Positions 1-9,133 of a DNA stretch of 64,000 bases are shown here, piece by piece. Location: contig JBMOOO010000016.1 of the NCBI GenBank assembly GCA_049324475.1, forward strand, positions 71,154 through 135,153. The letters are read 5' to 3'. Source of the DNA: Pseudomonadota bacterium (GTDB taxonomy: Bacteria; Pseudomonadota; Gammaproteobacteria; Pseudomonadales; JADFDG01). Every line of letters starts with the position of its first letter. Positions within the stretch are counted from its first letter, which is position 1. Position numbers and translations under genes: made by a program. Under the pieces are notes generated by a model. It was not told the origin of the DNA. It searched no databases and worked only from the letters and a program-made list of their open reading frames with translations.

Positions 1-1
1 C

Positions 2-505
2 GAAGAGGGCGACCCGGTCACCGACATTTTCTACACCGAAGGCGAAGCCACACTGCTGGGCCTGGAGGCGGTCTACAAGCGCACCGCCACCGGGCGCAAC
101 GGTGACGGCAGCCTGCGCGTCAGCGCCGAATACCTGCGTCTGGAAACGGACACGGAAATCCTGTTCCACACCACGCCGGCCGAAATCGGCGAATCCGTGA
201 CCGGGGAACAGGATGCGCTGTACGTACAGGGTATCTACGGCTTCGCGCCGCGCTGGGAAGCCGGTCTGCGCTACGACGCCACCGGCATGACTTCCCGGGT
301 GAGCGAGGGTGGCACCACCACCGGGCTTGCCGATTCGTCGCGCCTGGCCGCCGTACTGACCTTCCGCCCGAGCGAATACTCCTGTCTGCGCCTGCAGGCT
401 GCGCACGCAGACATCGCCGACGACAGCGGCGGCAGCGAGGCGTTCACCCAAGTCATGCTGCAGTACAGTCTGTCGCTGGGCGCGCACGGCGCGCACGCGT
501 TCTGA
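2..505 (+). CDS. outer-membrane beta-barrel (porin-like) protein, 5' end outside window
   Basis: Frame is open from nt 2 to TGA 503-505 (ORF track lists only 197..505). Alternating-hydrophobic strand pattern, and the C-terminus ...LSLGAHGAHAF ends in Phe as in OM barrels. The stop lies 23 nt upstream of the metal-binding protein gene, so probably the same operon. Confidence 0.55.
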   Translation, partial: EEGDPVTDIFYTEGEATLLGLEAVYKRTATGRNGDGSLRVSAEYLRLETDTEILFHTTPAEIGESVTGEQDALYVQGIYGFAPRWEAGLRYDATGMTSRVSEGGTTTGLADSSRLAAVLTFRPSEYSCLRLQAAHADIADDSGGSEAFTQVMLQYSLSLGAHGAHAF

Positions 506-528
506 ACCCCGGCCGGCCGGAGATTGCC

Positions 529-1425
529 ATGTCCGTCAGAAACAGACTCTCGCTGCTGCTGATCCTGCTGCTGCCGGCCCTGCCGGCGCAGGCGGCACTG
601 CATGTCTTCGCCTGCGAGCCTGAATGGGGTGCGCTGGCACGGGAGATCGGCGGTGACGACGTTACCGTCTACACGGCAACCGGCGCCCACCAGGACCCGC
701 ATCACATCGATGCCCGGCCCAGCCTCATTGCGCAGGTCCGCAAGGCGGATCTGGTGGTCTGCGCCGGCGCCGGCCTCGAGGACGGCTGGTTGCCGGTGCT
801 GATCGCGCGCGCCGCCAATCCGGTACTGAAGACCGACCGCATCTTCCTCGCAGCACAGCAGGTTGATCGCATCGGCGTGCAGTCCGGCACGGTCGACCGC
901 AGCCGCGGCGATGTGCATGGCGACGGCAATCCGCATGTCCATCTGGATCCCCAGCGCGTGCTGCACATCGGGGATGCGCTGGCCGCACGTCTGGCCGCGA
1001 TCGACACTGCCAACGCCGACGGATATCGCCAGCGCGCTGCCGGTTTCAGGCAACGGCTGGGCGCTGCCCTGGCAAACCTCGATACCCGCGCGCTGAAGGC
1101 ACGTCGCTGGCTGGTCTATCACGATGCCTGGCCGTACCTGTTCGCCTGGCTCGGAGGCACACAGGCCGGCACGCTGGAACCGCTGCCGGGCGTGCCGCCG
1201 TCCGCGCAGCATCTGGCACAACTGGCTGCGCAGATGCGCGCCCGGCCCGTCGACGGCATCCTGCACACCGGTTACGACGACCGGAAAGCCATCGCATGGC
1301 TGGTGCGCAACACCGGAACCTGTGCGATCGAATTGCCGTACACCGTCGGCGGCTCGCCGGCCGCGACGGATCTCATCGGCTTCTACACCGACATCGCACA
1401 ACGGCTGGCACGCGGTTGCCCATGA
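529..1425 (+). CDS. metal (Zn/Mn) ABC transporter substrate-binding protein, ZnuA/TroA family
   Basis: Signal peptide MSVRNRLSLLLILLLPALPAQA. Cluster-9 SBP-like sequence with a His/Asp-rich loop DRSRGDVHGDGNPHVHLDP. GGAGA sits about 6 nt upstream of ATG 529. The stop overlaps the next start (ATGA). Confidence 0.85.
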   Translation: MSVRNRLSLLLILLLPALPAQAALHVFACEPEWGALAREIGGDDVTVYTATGAHQDPHHIDARPSLIAQVRKADLVVCAGAGLEDGWLPVLIARAANPVLKTDRIFLAAQQVDRIGVQSGTVDRSRGDVHGDGNPHVHLDPQRVLHIGDALAARLAAIDTANADGYRQRAAGFRQRLGAALANLDTRALKARRWLVYHDAWPYLFAWLGGTQAGTLEPLPGVPPSAQHLAQLAAQMRARPVDGILHTGYDDRKAIAWLVRNTGTCAIELPYTVGGSPAATDLIGFYTDIAQRLARGCP

Positions 1426-2183
1426 CCCTCGACGACCTTGCCCTGCTGGCGCCCGCTTTCGCCGCCGGCCTGCTGGTGCTGGCCACACATGTGCCGCTGG
1501 GCCGGCAGGTTCTTGCGCGCGGCATCATTTTTCTCGATCTGGCGATCGCACAGGTCGCTGCCACCGGCGCGCTGGTCGCGGGACTCCTGCTGGAAGACGC
1601 CGGCACCGGCATCGTGCAGGCCGGCGCCGGCATTTCCGCCATCATCGGTGCGCTCGCACTGTACGCAGCCGACCGCCGCTGGCCCGAGATCCAGGAAGCC
1701 GTCATCGGCAGCACCTTTGTGCTGGCAGCAACGCTCGGACTGCTGTTGCTGGCTGCCGATCCGCACGGCGGCGAAGCACTGCGCGATGCCCTGGCCGGAC
1801 AGATCCTGTGGATCACGGCCGACCAGTTGCCGGCGCTCGCCGCGGTGTCCCTGCTGGTGCTGGGCCTGCGCCGGTACGGCCGCGGCATGCTGGCGGGTTT
1901 TTATCTTCCGTTCGCGATTGCCGTGATCGCGTCGGTGCAGGTGGTTGGCGTGTATCTGGTGTTTGCCAGCCTGATCCTGCCGGCACTGGCCGTGCGCCGC
2001 TTCGACGCGACACACGGCACCGTACTGGCACTGGCGACCGGCGCGTCCGGCTACGCGCTCGGTCTCGGTGTTTCCTATGCCACCGACCTGCCGGCCGGAC
2101 CGGCCTGCGTCTGGGGGCTGGCCTGTGCGGCGCTGGTGTGCGGCATTGCCCTGGGCCGACGGACGCCGGCACGCGGGCGCTGA
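1422..2183 (+). CDS. metal ABC transporter permease (ABC-3, ZnuB-like)
   Basis: ORF 1296..2183 trimmed to ATG 1422, which overlaps the upstream stop (ATGA). Polytopic hydrophobic protein MTLDDLALLAPAFAAGLLVLATHVPLGRQVLARGIIFLDLAIAQ..., typical of the ZnuB/TroC family. Confidence 0.85.
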   Translation: MTLDDLALLAPAFAAGLLVLATHVPLGRQVLARGIIFLDLAIAQVAATGALVAGLLLEDAGTGIVQAGAGISAIIGALALYAADRRWPEIQEAVIGSTFVLAATLGLLLLAADPHGGEALRDALAGQILWITADQLPALAAVSLLVLGLRRYGRGMLAGFYLPFAIAVIASVQVVGVYLVFASLILPALAVRRFDATHGTVLALATGASGYALGLGVSYATDLPAGPACVWGLACAALVCGIALGRRTPARGR

Positions 2184-2225
2184 ACGCGGAGACCGCCACA
2201 GGCACGCCTGCCGGCGGCGGCGATA

Positions 2226-2894
2226 ATGCCGGCCGTGAAAACCTCGCCGCACGCCCCGCCACCCCGACCCCGCCTTGCGCGCCACGCCGGCATCGCCCTC
2301 GGCATCTCCGGCGTCCTGCACGCCGCGCTGCTGCTGCCGGTCATCCTGCCGGCATCGCCGCAATCCGGCGACCCCGGCGACACCATCACCCGGGTGGCCC
2401 TGCTGGGCGGACTGGTGGCCACCGGTGCACCGCCCGTGACATCCGCTCCGGCATTGCCCGGCACCACGGCAGCGCCGCCGGCGCCTCCGTTGCCCCCGTT
2501 ATCCGCACCGCCCGCTCCGGCACCGGAACGGATCACGGACTTCGCGACACCGGGGGCTCCGCCACCCGCCTTTGCGGACCTGGGACGCAGTGACGATGTC
2601 CGCCAGGCCTATGCAGGAGAACTCGGTCGCTGGCTCGCCCGGCATCTGTGGTATCCGCCGTCGGCGCGCGCCGACGGCATCGAAGGCCAGGTCGCGGTCG
2701 TGGTCAACATGGACCGCAGCGGCCGACTGCTCGACGTGGCAGTGGCCCGCTCCAGCGGCCATCCGTGGCTGGACCAGGGCGCACTGGAAACCGTCCGTCG
2801 GGCCGCACCGCTGCCGCCGCTGCCGGAAGCGCTGCCCTGGAACACGCTGGAACTCGAATTGCCGGTATTCTTCCGGCTCGAACCGTCCCCGTGA
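2226..2894 (+). CDS. energy transducer TonB family protein
   Basis: N-terminal TM (GIALGISGVLHAALLLPVIL), a Pro/Ala-rich spacer, and a C-terminal TonB_C-like block YPPSARADGIEGQVAVVVNMDRSGRLLDVAVARSSGHPWLDQGALETVRRA. Confidence 0.8.
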   Translation: MPAVKTSPHAPPPRPRLARHAGIALGISGVLHAALLLPVILPASPQSGDPGDTITRVALLGGLVATGAPPVTSAPALPGTTAAPPAPPLPPLSAPPAPAPERITDFATPGAPPPAFADLGRSDDVRQAYAGELGRWLARHLWYPPSARADGIEGQVAVVVNMDRSGRLLDVAVARSSGHPWLDQGALETVRRAAPLPPLPEALPWNTLELELPVFFRLEPSP

Positions 2895-2905
2895 GGAAGC
2901 CCGTC

Positions 2906-3607
2906 ATGATGCCGGCACGTCTCGTACTTCCGCTGCTGTCTGCCCCGCTGCTTGCCCTGTCGCTCGCTGCCTGCTCCGACCCTGCACCGGTCGCCGAACA
3001 GCCACCGGCCGAGCCGGCAGCACAGGCACAGGCGCCGGCAGCACCGCCGATGTTCGCCGTGGTCTATCGCTGCGCCGACGGCACGTCCTTCACCACTTTC
3101 CCGCGCGGCGACAGCGTGCAGCTCGACTTCGCCAACCGCACGCTGAAGCTGCATCAGGTGCCTGCCGCCTCCGGCACCAAATACAGCGATGGCCAGACCA
3201 CCGTCTGGTCAAAAGGCGAAACCGCAACCCTGCAACAGAACGACACGGCCACCGACGAATGCCAGGGCACGGAGGTCTCCAGCGTGTGGGAAGCAGCCAG
3301 ACTGCGCGGTGTGACCATGCGCGCGGTCGGCAACGAGCCGGCCTGGCTGCTGGAAGTCACGCCCGGCCAGGAGCTGGTGTTCGCCTGGGACTACGGCGCC
3401 CAGCGCATCAGCGGCAAGGCACCGGACGCCACGCGCGACGACACGAAGAAAACGTCCACCTGGCTGGCAAAAACATCGTCGGGCCAGCTGCGCGCAGAGA
3501 TCACCGACGGCACCTGCTCAGACGGCATGAGCGAGGAAAGCTACCCGGCCAGCGCCACCGTCACCTTCAACGGCAAGGTCTGGAAAGGTTGCGCGCGAAC
3601 GCTCTGA
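2906..3607 (+). CDS. lipoprotein with MliC-like (C-type lysozyme inhibitor) domain plus second Cys-containing domain
   Basis: ORF 2648..3607 trimmed to ATG 2906 (GAGGAAG RBS). Lipobox LSLAAC. MliC-like stretch VYRCADGTSF...VPAASGTKYSDGQTTVWSKGETATL. Followed by an intrinsic terminator. Confidence 0.65.
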   Translation: MMPARLVLPLLSAPLLALSLAACSDPAPVAEQPPAEPAAQAQAPAAPPMFAVVYRCADGTSFTTFPRGDSVQLDFANRTLKLHQVPAASGTKYSDGQTTVWSKGETATLQQNDTATDECQGTEVSSVWEAARLRGVTMRAVGNEPAWLLEVTPGQELVFAWDYGAQRISGKAPDATRDDTKKTSTWLAKTSSGQLRAEITDGTCSDGMSEESYPASATVTFNGKVWKGCARTL

Positions 3608-3623
3608 CGGTTCCGGAGTGAAC

Positions 3624-3657
3624 AAAAACCGGCGCCCCTGGGCGCCGGTCCTGTTTC
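3624..3657. terminator. bidirectional rho-independent terminator between convergent genes
   Basis: Perfect 8-bp GC stem ccggcgcc (3629-3636) / ggcgccgg (3641-3648) with 4-nt loop, an A-run upstream and T-rich tcctgtttc downstream. Confidence 0.75.
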
Positions 3658-3700
3658 AGGAACACCGCTTCCCGGAAAAGTCTCGCCGGATGCCTTCTGG

Positions 3701-5494
3701 TCAGAAGGCTTCCGCCGGCATCGCCATCAACGAGACCGCGCCGGCCAGCATCGATTCGCGATGCGCCAGGGTGCGCGGAAGGATGCGTGCGAAGTAGAAA
3801 TCCGCCGTCATGAGCTTGGCCTCATGGAACGCGCGGTCGCCTGCGCCGGCGGCCAGCCTCGCCGCGGAAACAGCCGCCATCCGCGCCCATCCGTACGCCA
3901 CCACGACGTAGCCCGCATACATCAGGTAATCGACGCTGGCGGCACCGGCCTCGTCGAAGTTGCCGAACGACTTTGCCATCACCTGCTGCGTCAATTGCTG
4001 CCACTCGGCCAGACGCCCCTCCAGCGTCACCAGCCAGGGCTTCAGTTTTTCGTTGCCCTTGTGCTCCGCAATGAACGCCTGCACCTGACGCACGAAGTTT
4101 GCCAGCGGCTTTCCCTGCGCCATCAGAGTCTTGCGGCCGACCAGGTCCAGCGCCTGCACCTGGGTTGTGCCCTCATAGATGGTTGCGATGCGGCAGTCAC
4201 GCACCAGCTGTTCCATGCCGTGCTCGCGCATGTAGCCGTGGCCACCCATCACCTGCACACCATGGTTGGTGCACTCGTAACCGGCCTCGGTAATGAAACC
4301 CTTGATGATCGGAGTCAGGAAACCAAGCTCATTGTTGGCCTGCTTGCGGATCTCCGGCGTGTCGCCGCGCACGGCCAGATCGGCCAGCCGCGCACCTTCC
4401 AGTACCAGCCAGCGGCATCCTTCGGTGAGCGATTTCTGTGTCAGCAGCAGCTGGCGCACACCCGGATGAACGATGATCGGGTCCGCCGGACCGGACGCGT
4501 TTTTCGGGCCGGTCAGCGAGCGCATCTGCAGGCGTTCCTTCGCATAGGCCACTGCACCCTGCAACGAGGCATCGGCCAGACCCAGCGCCTGCACGCCGGA
4601 ACCGATGCGTGCGTTGTTCATCAGCGTGAACATGTACTTCAGGCCGTCATTCGGCTGGCCAACGATGAAACCACGGGCACCGTCAAAATTCATCACGCAG
4701 GTCGGCGAGGCCATATAGCCCATCTTGTGCTCGATCGAACCGCAGCTCACGCCATTGCGGTCGCCGCTGCTGCCGTCGGCATTGATGTGCCTCTTCGGCA
4801 CGATGAACATGGATATGCCGGCAGTACCATCCGGCGCGCCCGGCAGTTTCGCCAGCACAAGATGGATGATGTTCTCGGTGACATCCTGCTCGCCGAAGGA
4901 AATGAAGATCTTGGTGCCGGTGACCTTGTAGCTGCCGTCGGCCTGCGGTTCGGCCTTCGTCTTGATCAGACCGAGGTCGGTGCCGCAGTGCGGCTCGGTG
5001 AGACACATGGTGGCGCCCCAGCGGCCGTCGACCAGACCGGGGAAATATTTCTCGCGCTGCTCCTCGCTGCCGTGCGAGTCGATGGTATGCATGACGGCGA
5101 ACGGCAGGCCGACCAGCATCACCCACGGCGGATTCACCGCGCCGCTCATCTCGTTGCTGATGATGCCCAGCGAACCCGGCAGGTGCTGGCCGCCCCAGCG
5201 CTCGGAAACCGACATGCGGCTCCAGCCATTCTTCACGAACAGGTCGCGTGCTTCCTTGTAGCCCTTCGGCAGATAGACGTTGCCGTTCTCGAAGCGGCAG
5301 CCGTTCTCGTCACCGCTGCGGTACAGCGGATGCAGCACGTCCTCGGCAAAGCGGGCGGCCCCGTCGAGCACCATGTCGACCTCGTCCATGCCCAGGCCTT
5401 CGCAACCGGGCAGCGTGGCGTAGTGGCCGGTGTAATCGATGACATCGCGCATCAGATAACGGATGTCGGCCAGCGGGGCCTTGTATTTCGCCAT
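3701..5494 (-). CDS. acyl-CoA dehydrogenase, long (~600 aa) form with extra C-terminal domain
   Basis: ORF 3701..5779 trimmed to ATG 5494 (MAKYKAPLADIRYL..., AAGGA RBS). ACAD core includes GGHGYMREHGMEQLVRDCRIATIYEGTTQVQALDLVGRK. Confidence 0.9.
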   Translation of the reverse strand: MAKYKAPLADIRYLMRDVIDYTGHYATLPGCEGLGMDEVDMVLDGAARFAEDVLHPLYRSGDENGCRFENGNVYLPKGYKEARDLFVKNGWSRMSVSERWGGQHLPGSLGIISNEMSGAVNPPWVMLVGLPFAVMHTIDSHGSEEQREKYFPGLVDGRWGATMCLTEPHCGTDLGLIKTKAEPQADGSYKVTGTKIFISFGEQDVTENIIHLVLAKLPGAPDGTAGISMFIVPKRHINADGSSGDRNGVSCGSIEHKMGYMASPTCVMNFDGARGFIVGQPNDGLKYMFTLMNNARIGSGVQALGLADASLQGAVAYAKERLQMRSLTGPKNASGPADPIIVHPGVRQLLLTQKSLTEGCRWLVLEGARLADLAVRGDTPEIRKQANNELGFLTPIIKGFITEAGYECTNHGVQVMGGHGYMREHGMEQLVRDCRIATIYEGTTQVQALDLVGRKTLMAQGKPLANFVRQVQAFIAEHKGNEKLKPWLVTLEGRLAEWQQLTQQVMAKSFGNFDEAGAASVDYLMYAGYVVVAYGWARMAAVSAARLAAGAGDRAFHEAKLMTADFYFARILPRTLAHRESMLAGAVSLMAMPAEAF

Positions 5495-5802
5495 GGGACG
5501 GGATCCTTGCAGGGAGAGGCCGGAAAAGCCGGAGAAACGAGGATAAGGAGCCGGTCGGTCGCCGGCAGTCGCCGGATATGTCAGCGGAATTGGCGCCGGA
5601 TGCCGGCCCCGGACCCGCCACCCACACCACGCCGGCGACCTCCCGGCGGCCCTGCGGCCAATACCGCCTTGCCGGCATCGGCAGGCCTTTGCTAGGTTCG
5701 CAGAAGAACCCACGGGTTCCGCCAGCGGACGGGCGACAGGACACGGCACAGGACATGGCCGGCCCCGCGAGAACAACAACGATCCGCCCGGAGCCCCGCA
5801 CC

Positions 5803-7131
5803 ATGACGCAGTCCCACCCGCTGCTCGACAAGCTGCCTGCTGCCGTACGCCCCATGGTCCGCGCAGCCCGCCCGGGCAGTGGCCCCGCCTACACGCTGCC
5901 GGCCGATGCGCCGACCCGGGTGCCCGATCCGAACAGCCGCCGCACCCTGAAGTCCGAGGCCCTGAAGGTCCTGCTGGGCACCCGCACCGACCCGGAACCC
6001 ACCCAGGAGCAGCTCACCGAATTCATCGGCTTCCTCCACAAGGGCGACCCGCTGGCCGATGCCGTCGTGGCCTGGATGCACGAGACCGGTCACAAGAAAG
6101 CACGCGCCATCGTCGAGCGCGCCAGCGAGCACGGCATCGCCTCGATTCCGGATCCCTCGCCGGCACTGCGCGCCTTCTTCGAGCAGGCGGAATTCGTGCC
6201 GCTGTGGGTCGACCCGGCGAAACTCGAACTCGGCTGTGCCGCGCATCGCCGCACCGGCCCGATGGCGGAACTCGTGCTGCGCAATGTCGCCCTGATGGGC
6301 GGCTACGTCGCCGCTGCCGCGACCAAACCCCTGGCCTTCACCGCGCAGCTCGACAAGGCCACGGCACGCCGGCTGGTGGAAACCGGCAAATACTGGGTGG
6401 AAGTCACTACCCGCGGCGCGCTCATGCCGCACCGCGCCGGCTGGAAAACCTCGATCCATGTGCGCCTGATGCACGCACAGGTGCGCTGGATGCTCAACCG
6501 GTCCGACAAGTGGGACCGCGCTGCCTGGGGCGAACCGCTCAACCAGGCCGACACCGTCGCCACCAACCTGCTGTTCTCCTACATCTTCATGCATTCGCTG
6601 CGCGCGCTCGGCTTCCGTTTCACGCCGGAAGAGCGCGAGGCGATCATCCACCTGTGGCGTTATGCCGGTTACCTGATGGGCGTCGACGAGCGTCTGCTGC
6701 CGGCCAGCGAGGACGATGCGGCACGCATGGCCTTCATGAACTTCCTGACCCTGGCCGAACCGGACGAAGACAGCCGCCGGCTGGCGCAGTCGCTGCTCGA
6801 CGTGTCCTGGGAATTCGCCGGGAAAACGCCGGGCATGCCGAAATGGGCGACATCCATCGAGTACCACTACCGTGCAGGCTTCTCGCGCCTGATCCTGGGC
6901 CGGCAGACGTCCGACATGCTCGGCATTCCCGACAGCACCGCGGCCCGGATCGGCGTGCTGGCCACCGCACCCCTGGTCTACGGCCTGGAAACCCTGCGCC
7001 GGCGCATCCCGGGTGCCACCCGCCTCGCGGTGCTGGCCGGCGAATTGCTGCACGAGCGTGGCCTGCAGGCAGCCATTGCCGCGCACCAGGCCGACACGAC
7101 CTTCACCCCGGTCAGCCAGCTCTCCCGCTGA
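5803..7131 (+). CDS. DUF2236 / MpaB-family oxygenase-like protein
   Basis: ORF 5578..7131 trimmed to ATG 5803 (GGAG upstream). Family-typical core ...WKTSIHVRLMHAQVRWML.... Confidence 0.7.
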   Translation: MTQSHPLLDKLPAAVRPMVRAARPGSGPAYTLPADAPTRVPDPNSRRTLKSEALKVLLGTRTDPEPTQEQLTEFIGFLHKGDPLADAVVAWMHETGHKKARAIVERASEHGIASIPDPSPALRAFFEQAEFVPLWVDPAKLELGCAAHRRTGPMAELVLRNVALMGGYVAAAATKPLAFTAQLDKATARRLVETGKYWVEVTTRGALMPHRAGWKTSIHVRLMHAQVRWMLNRSDKWDRAAWGEPLNQADTVATNLLFSYIFMHSLRALGFRFTPEEREAIIHLWRYAGYLMGVDERLLPASEDDAARMAFMNFLTLAEPDEDSRRLAQSLLDVSWEFAGKTPGMPKWATSIEYHYRAGFSRLILGRQTSDMLGIPDSTAARIGVLATAPLVYGLETLRRRIPGATRLAVLAGELLHERGLQAAIAAHQADTTFTPVSQLSR

Positions 7132-7227
7132 CCTCCACGATACCGCCGCCGACCCGGGAGTTCCGGGTCTGGCGTGGCGCGCGACTCCACCCCTAACATA
7201 TCGGCCACCGTCTCCGGGGAAGGGTCG

Positions 7228-8457
7228 ATGAGCACGTATCGCGTGGTTTTTTCCGGGAAAGCGCTGCCCGGTTTCAACAAGGACACCGCCGTCGCGAATC
7301 TCGCCAAACTGCTCAAGCGCACACCGGAGCAGGCCGCCGCCGCCTTCAACGGCAAGGACATCGCCATCAAGAAAGGCATCAGCGAAGCCGATGCCGAGCG
7401 CCTGTGCCAGACGCTGGAGCGAGCCGGCCTGCAGGTGCACGCCGAACCGGAAAGCGGCGCGCCGGCACCGGCAGCACCGGCCGCGCCCTCACGCCCCGGC
7501 ATGACCGCGCCCACTTCCGCACGCGTGGCACCGGCCGATCTCTCGCTGGTCGACTACGAAGAAGAAAAGAAACCCGACGCGCCGAAAAAAGCCATGGTGT
7601 GTCCGGCCTGCGGCCAGCAGCAGCCGGAAGCGGAAGTCTGCAACGCCTGCGGCATGGTGATTGCCAAATTCCTGCAGCGCCAGGCACAGAAAGCGAAGGA
7701 ATCTGCCAGCAAGGCCAAGGGGGCGGCCTCGCCGTATGAACCCGGCGACGCCAGCCCGGCACGTGCAGAAGAAGACGGCACCACCGCGTTGCCCGAGCTG
7801 TTCGCCTTCAACGTCGCCGGCCGGATCGGCCGGCTGCGCATGCTGGCCTGGAACCTGATGACACTGCTGGTGGTGTTCGCCGCCGGCCTGATCGCCGCCC
7901 TGCTGTCGCTGGCCGGCCCGCTGGCCATCCTGCTGTTGTTGCCGCTGTTCGGCGTGGCGCTGTTCTTCGCCATCCGCATTACCGTGCTGCGCCTGCACGA
8001 TCGCGGGCATACCGGCTGGCTGGCCGCGCTGATCGTCGTGCCACTGGTGAACATCGCGCTGGGCCTTTACCTGCTGTTCGCACCGGGCAACAGCGAAGCC
8101 AATGACTACGGCCCGCCACCACCGCCGAACACCACCGGCGTCATCGCCGGTGCCGTGGCGTACATCGTGGCCACCATCCTGCCGATGTTCTTCGTGCCGG
8201 GCCTGCTGACCGCCATGGCCATGCAGTCCGCCATGAACGATCCGTCCGCCAACGCCGAATTTGAACAGGAACTGCAAAGAGCCATGGAAGAAGCGGCTGC
8301 CGAAGAGCAGTCATGGCAGGACGGTGACGCCGGCGCGGAAAACAGCGAAGCCGGAGCCGTTTCCGTGGAAGAAACTGCCGCCGCAGAGACCGCAGCGGAA
8401 GAAAGCGTCGACGGGGACGACGCACTGCAGGGCACCCCGGCCCACGACGTTCCCTGA
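7228..8457 (+). CDS. multi-domain DUF805 (YhaH-like) inner-membrane protein with N-terminal soluble domain and CxxC-x9-CxxC zinc-ribbon
   Basis: ORF 7174..8457 trimmed to ATG 7228 (GGGGAAGGG RBS). Contains MVCPACGQQQPEAEVCNACG. DUF805 signature: GRIGRLRMLAWNL..., RLHDRGHTGWLAAL, NDYGPPPP. Extra TM segment and an acidic Ala/Glu tail. Confidence 0.7.
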   Translation: MSTYRVVFSGKALPGFNKDTAVANLAKLLKRTPEQAAAAFNGKDIAIKKGISEADAERLCQTLERAGLQVHAEPESGAPAPAAPAAPSRPGMTAPTSARVAPADLSLVDYEEEKKPDAPKKAMVCPACGQQQPEAEVCNACGMVIAKFLQRQAQKAKESASKAKGAASPYEPGDASPARAEEDGTTALPELFAFNVAGRIGRLRMLAWNLMTLLVVFAAGLIAALLSLAGPLAILLLLPLFGVALFFAIRITVLRLHDRGHTGWLAALIVVPLVNIALGLYLLFAPGNSEANDYGPPPPPNTTGVIAGAVAYIVATILPMFFVPGLLTAMAMQSAMNDPSANAEFEQELQRAMEEAAAEEQSWQDGDAGAENSEAGAVSVEETAAAETAAEESVDGDDALQGTPAHDVP

Positions 8458-8458
8458 A

Positions 8459-9133
8459 TCAGCCGGCCGGCAGCACCAGCGTGCCGGCCGTTTCCCGCCA
8501 GGGCAGGTGGCCGAGGCAGGGCGCCGGCAATGCCGCGCGCAATGTGTTCATCACCTCGTCAACGGCAGCCATCTCCGGATCGATGGCATTGCCGATCCAG
8601 CCGGCCAGTGTCAGTCCGTCACGCCGGACGGCTTCCGCCGTCAGCAACGCGTGGTTGATGCAACCCAGCCTCAGACCCACCACGAGCAGCACCGGCAACG
8701 CCAGCTGGCGGGCCAGGTCCGCCATGGTTTCCTGCTCGTTCAGCGGCACCCGCCAGCCGCCGGCGCCCTCCACCAGCGTGACATCGGCACGACCCTGCAT
8801 GATCGCGCCTCGCACCAGGCCGGCCAGTTGCGCAACACGAACGGTGCGCCCTTCACGGGCAGCCGCCAGATGCGGCGACAGCGGCGCTGCCAGCGCACAG
8901 GGATTCACCTGCGCATAGGGCAGTTGCACGCTCGACGCCGCCATCAGCCGCTGCGCATCGTCGTTGCGCAGGCCGTCCGGCGTTGCCTCGCAGCCACTCG
9001 CCACCGGTTTCAGACCCAGCACCGATTTCCCGTCTGCCGCGGCAACCTGCAGCAATGCACAGGCGACATGCGTCTTGCCGATGCCGGTGTCGGTGCCGGT
9101 GACAAACCAGGCGCGGCGCGCTTTCAGCGTCAT
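8459..9133 (-). CDS. bioD: dethiobiotin synthase
   Basis: FVTGTDTGIGKTHV P-loop, LVEGAGGW. ATGA overlap with the bioC stop. Last gene of the bioBFHCD operon. Confidence 0.93.
   Translation of the reverse strand: MTLKARRAWFVTGTDTGIGKTHVACALLQVAAADGKSVLGLKPVASGCEATPDGLRNDDAQRLMAASSVQLPYAQVNPCALAAPLSPHLAAAREGRTVRVAQLAGLVRGAIMQGRADVTLVEGAGGWRVPLNEQETMADLARQLALPVLLVVGLRLGCINHALLTAEAVRRDGLTLAGWIGNAIDPEMAAVDEVMNTLRAALPAPCLGHLPWRETAGTLVLPAG

Noticed and set aside
3761-7440. Long ORFs 3761..5695 (+, 644 aa) and 5692..7440 (-, 582 aa)
   Set aside because: They are antisense to the acyl-CoA dehydrogenase and DUF2236 genes respectively. Composition is dominated by Arg/Gly/Ala/His, with no motifs.
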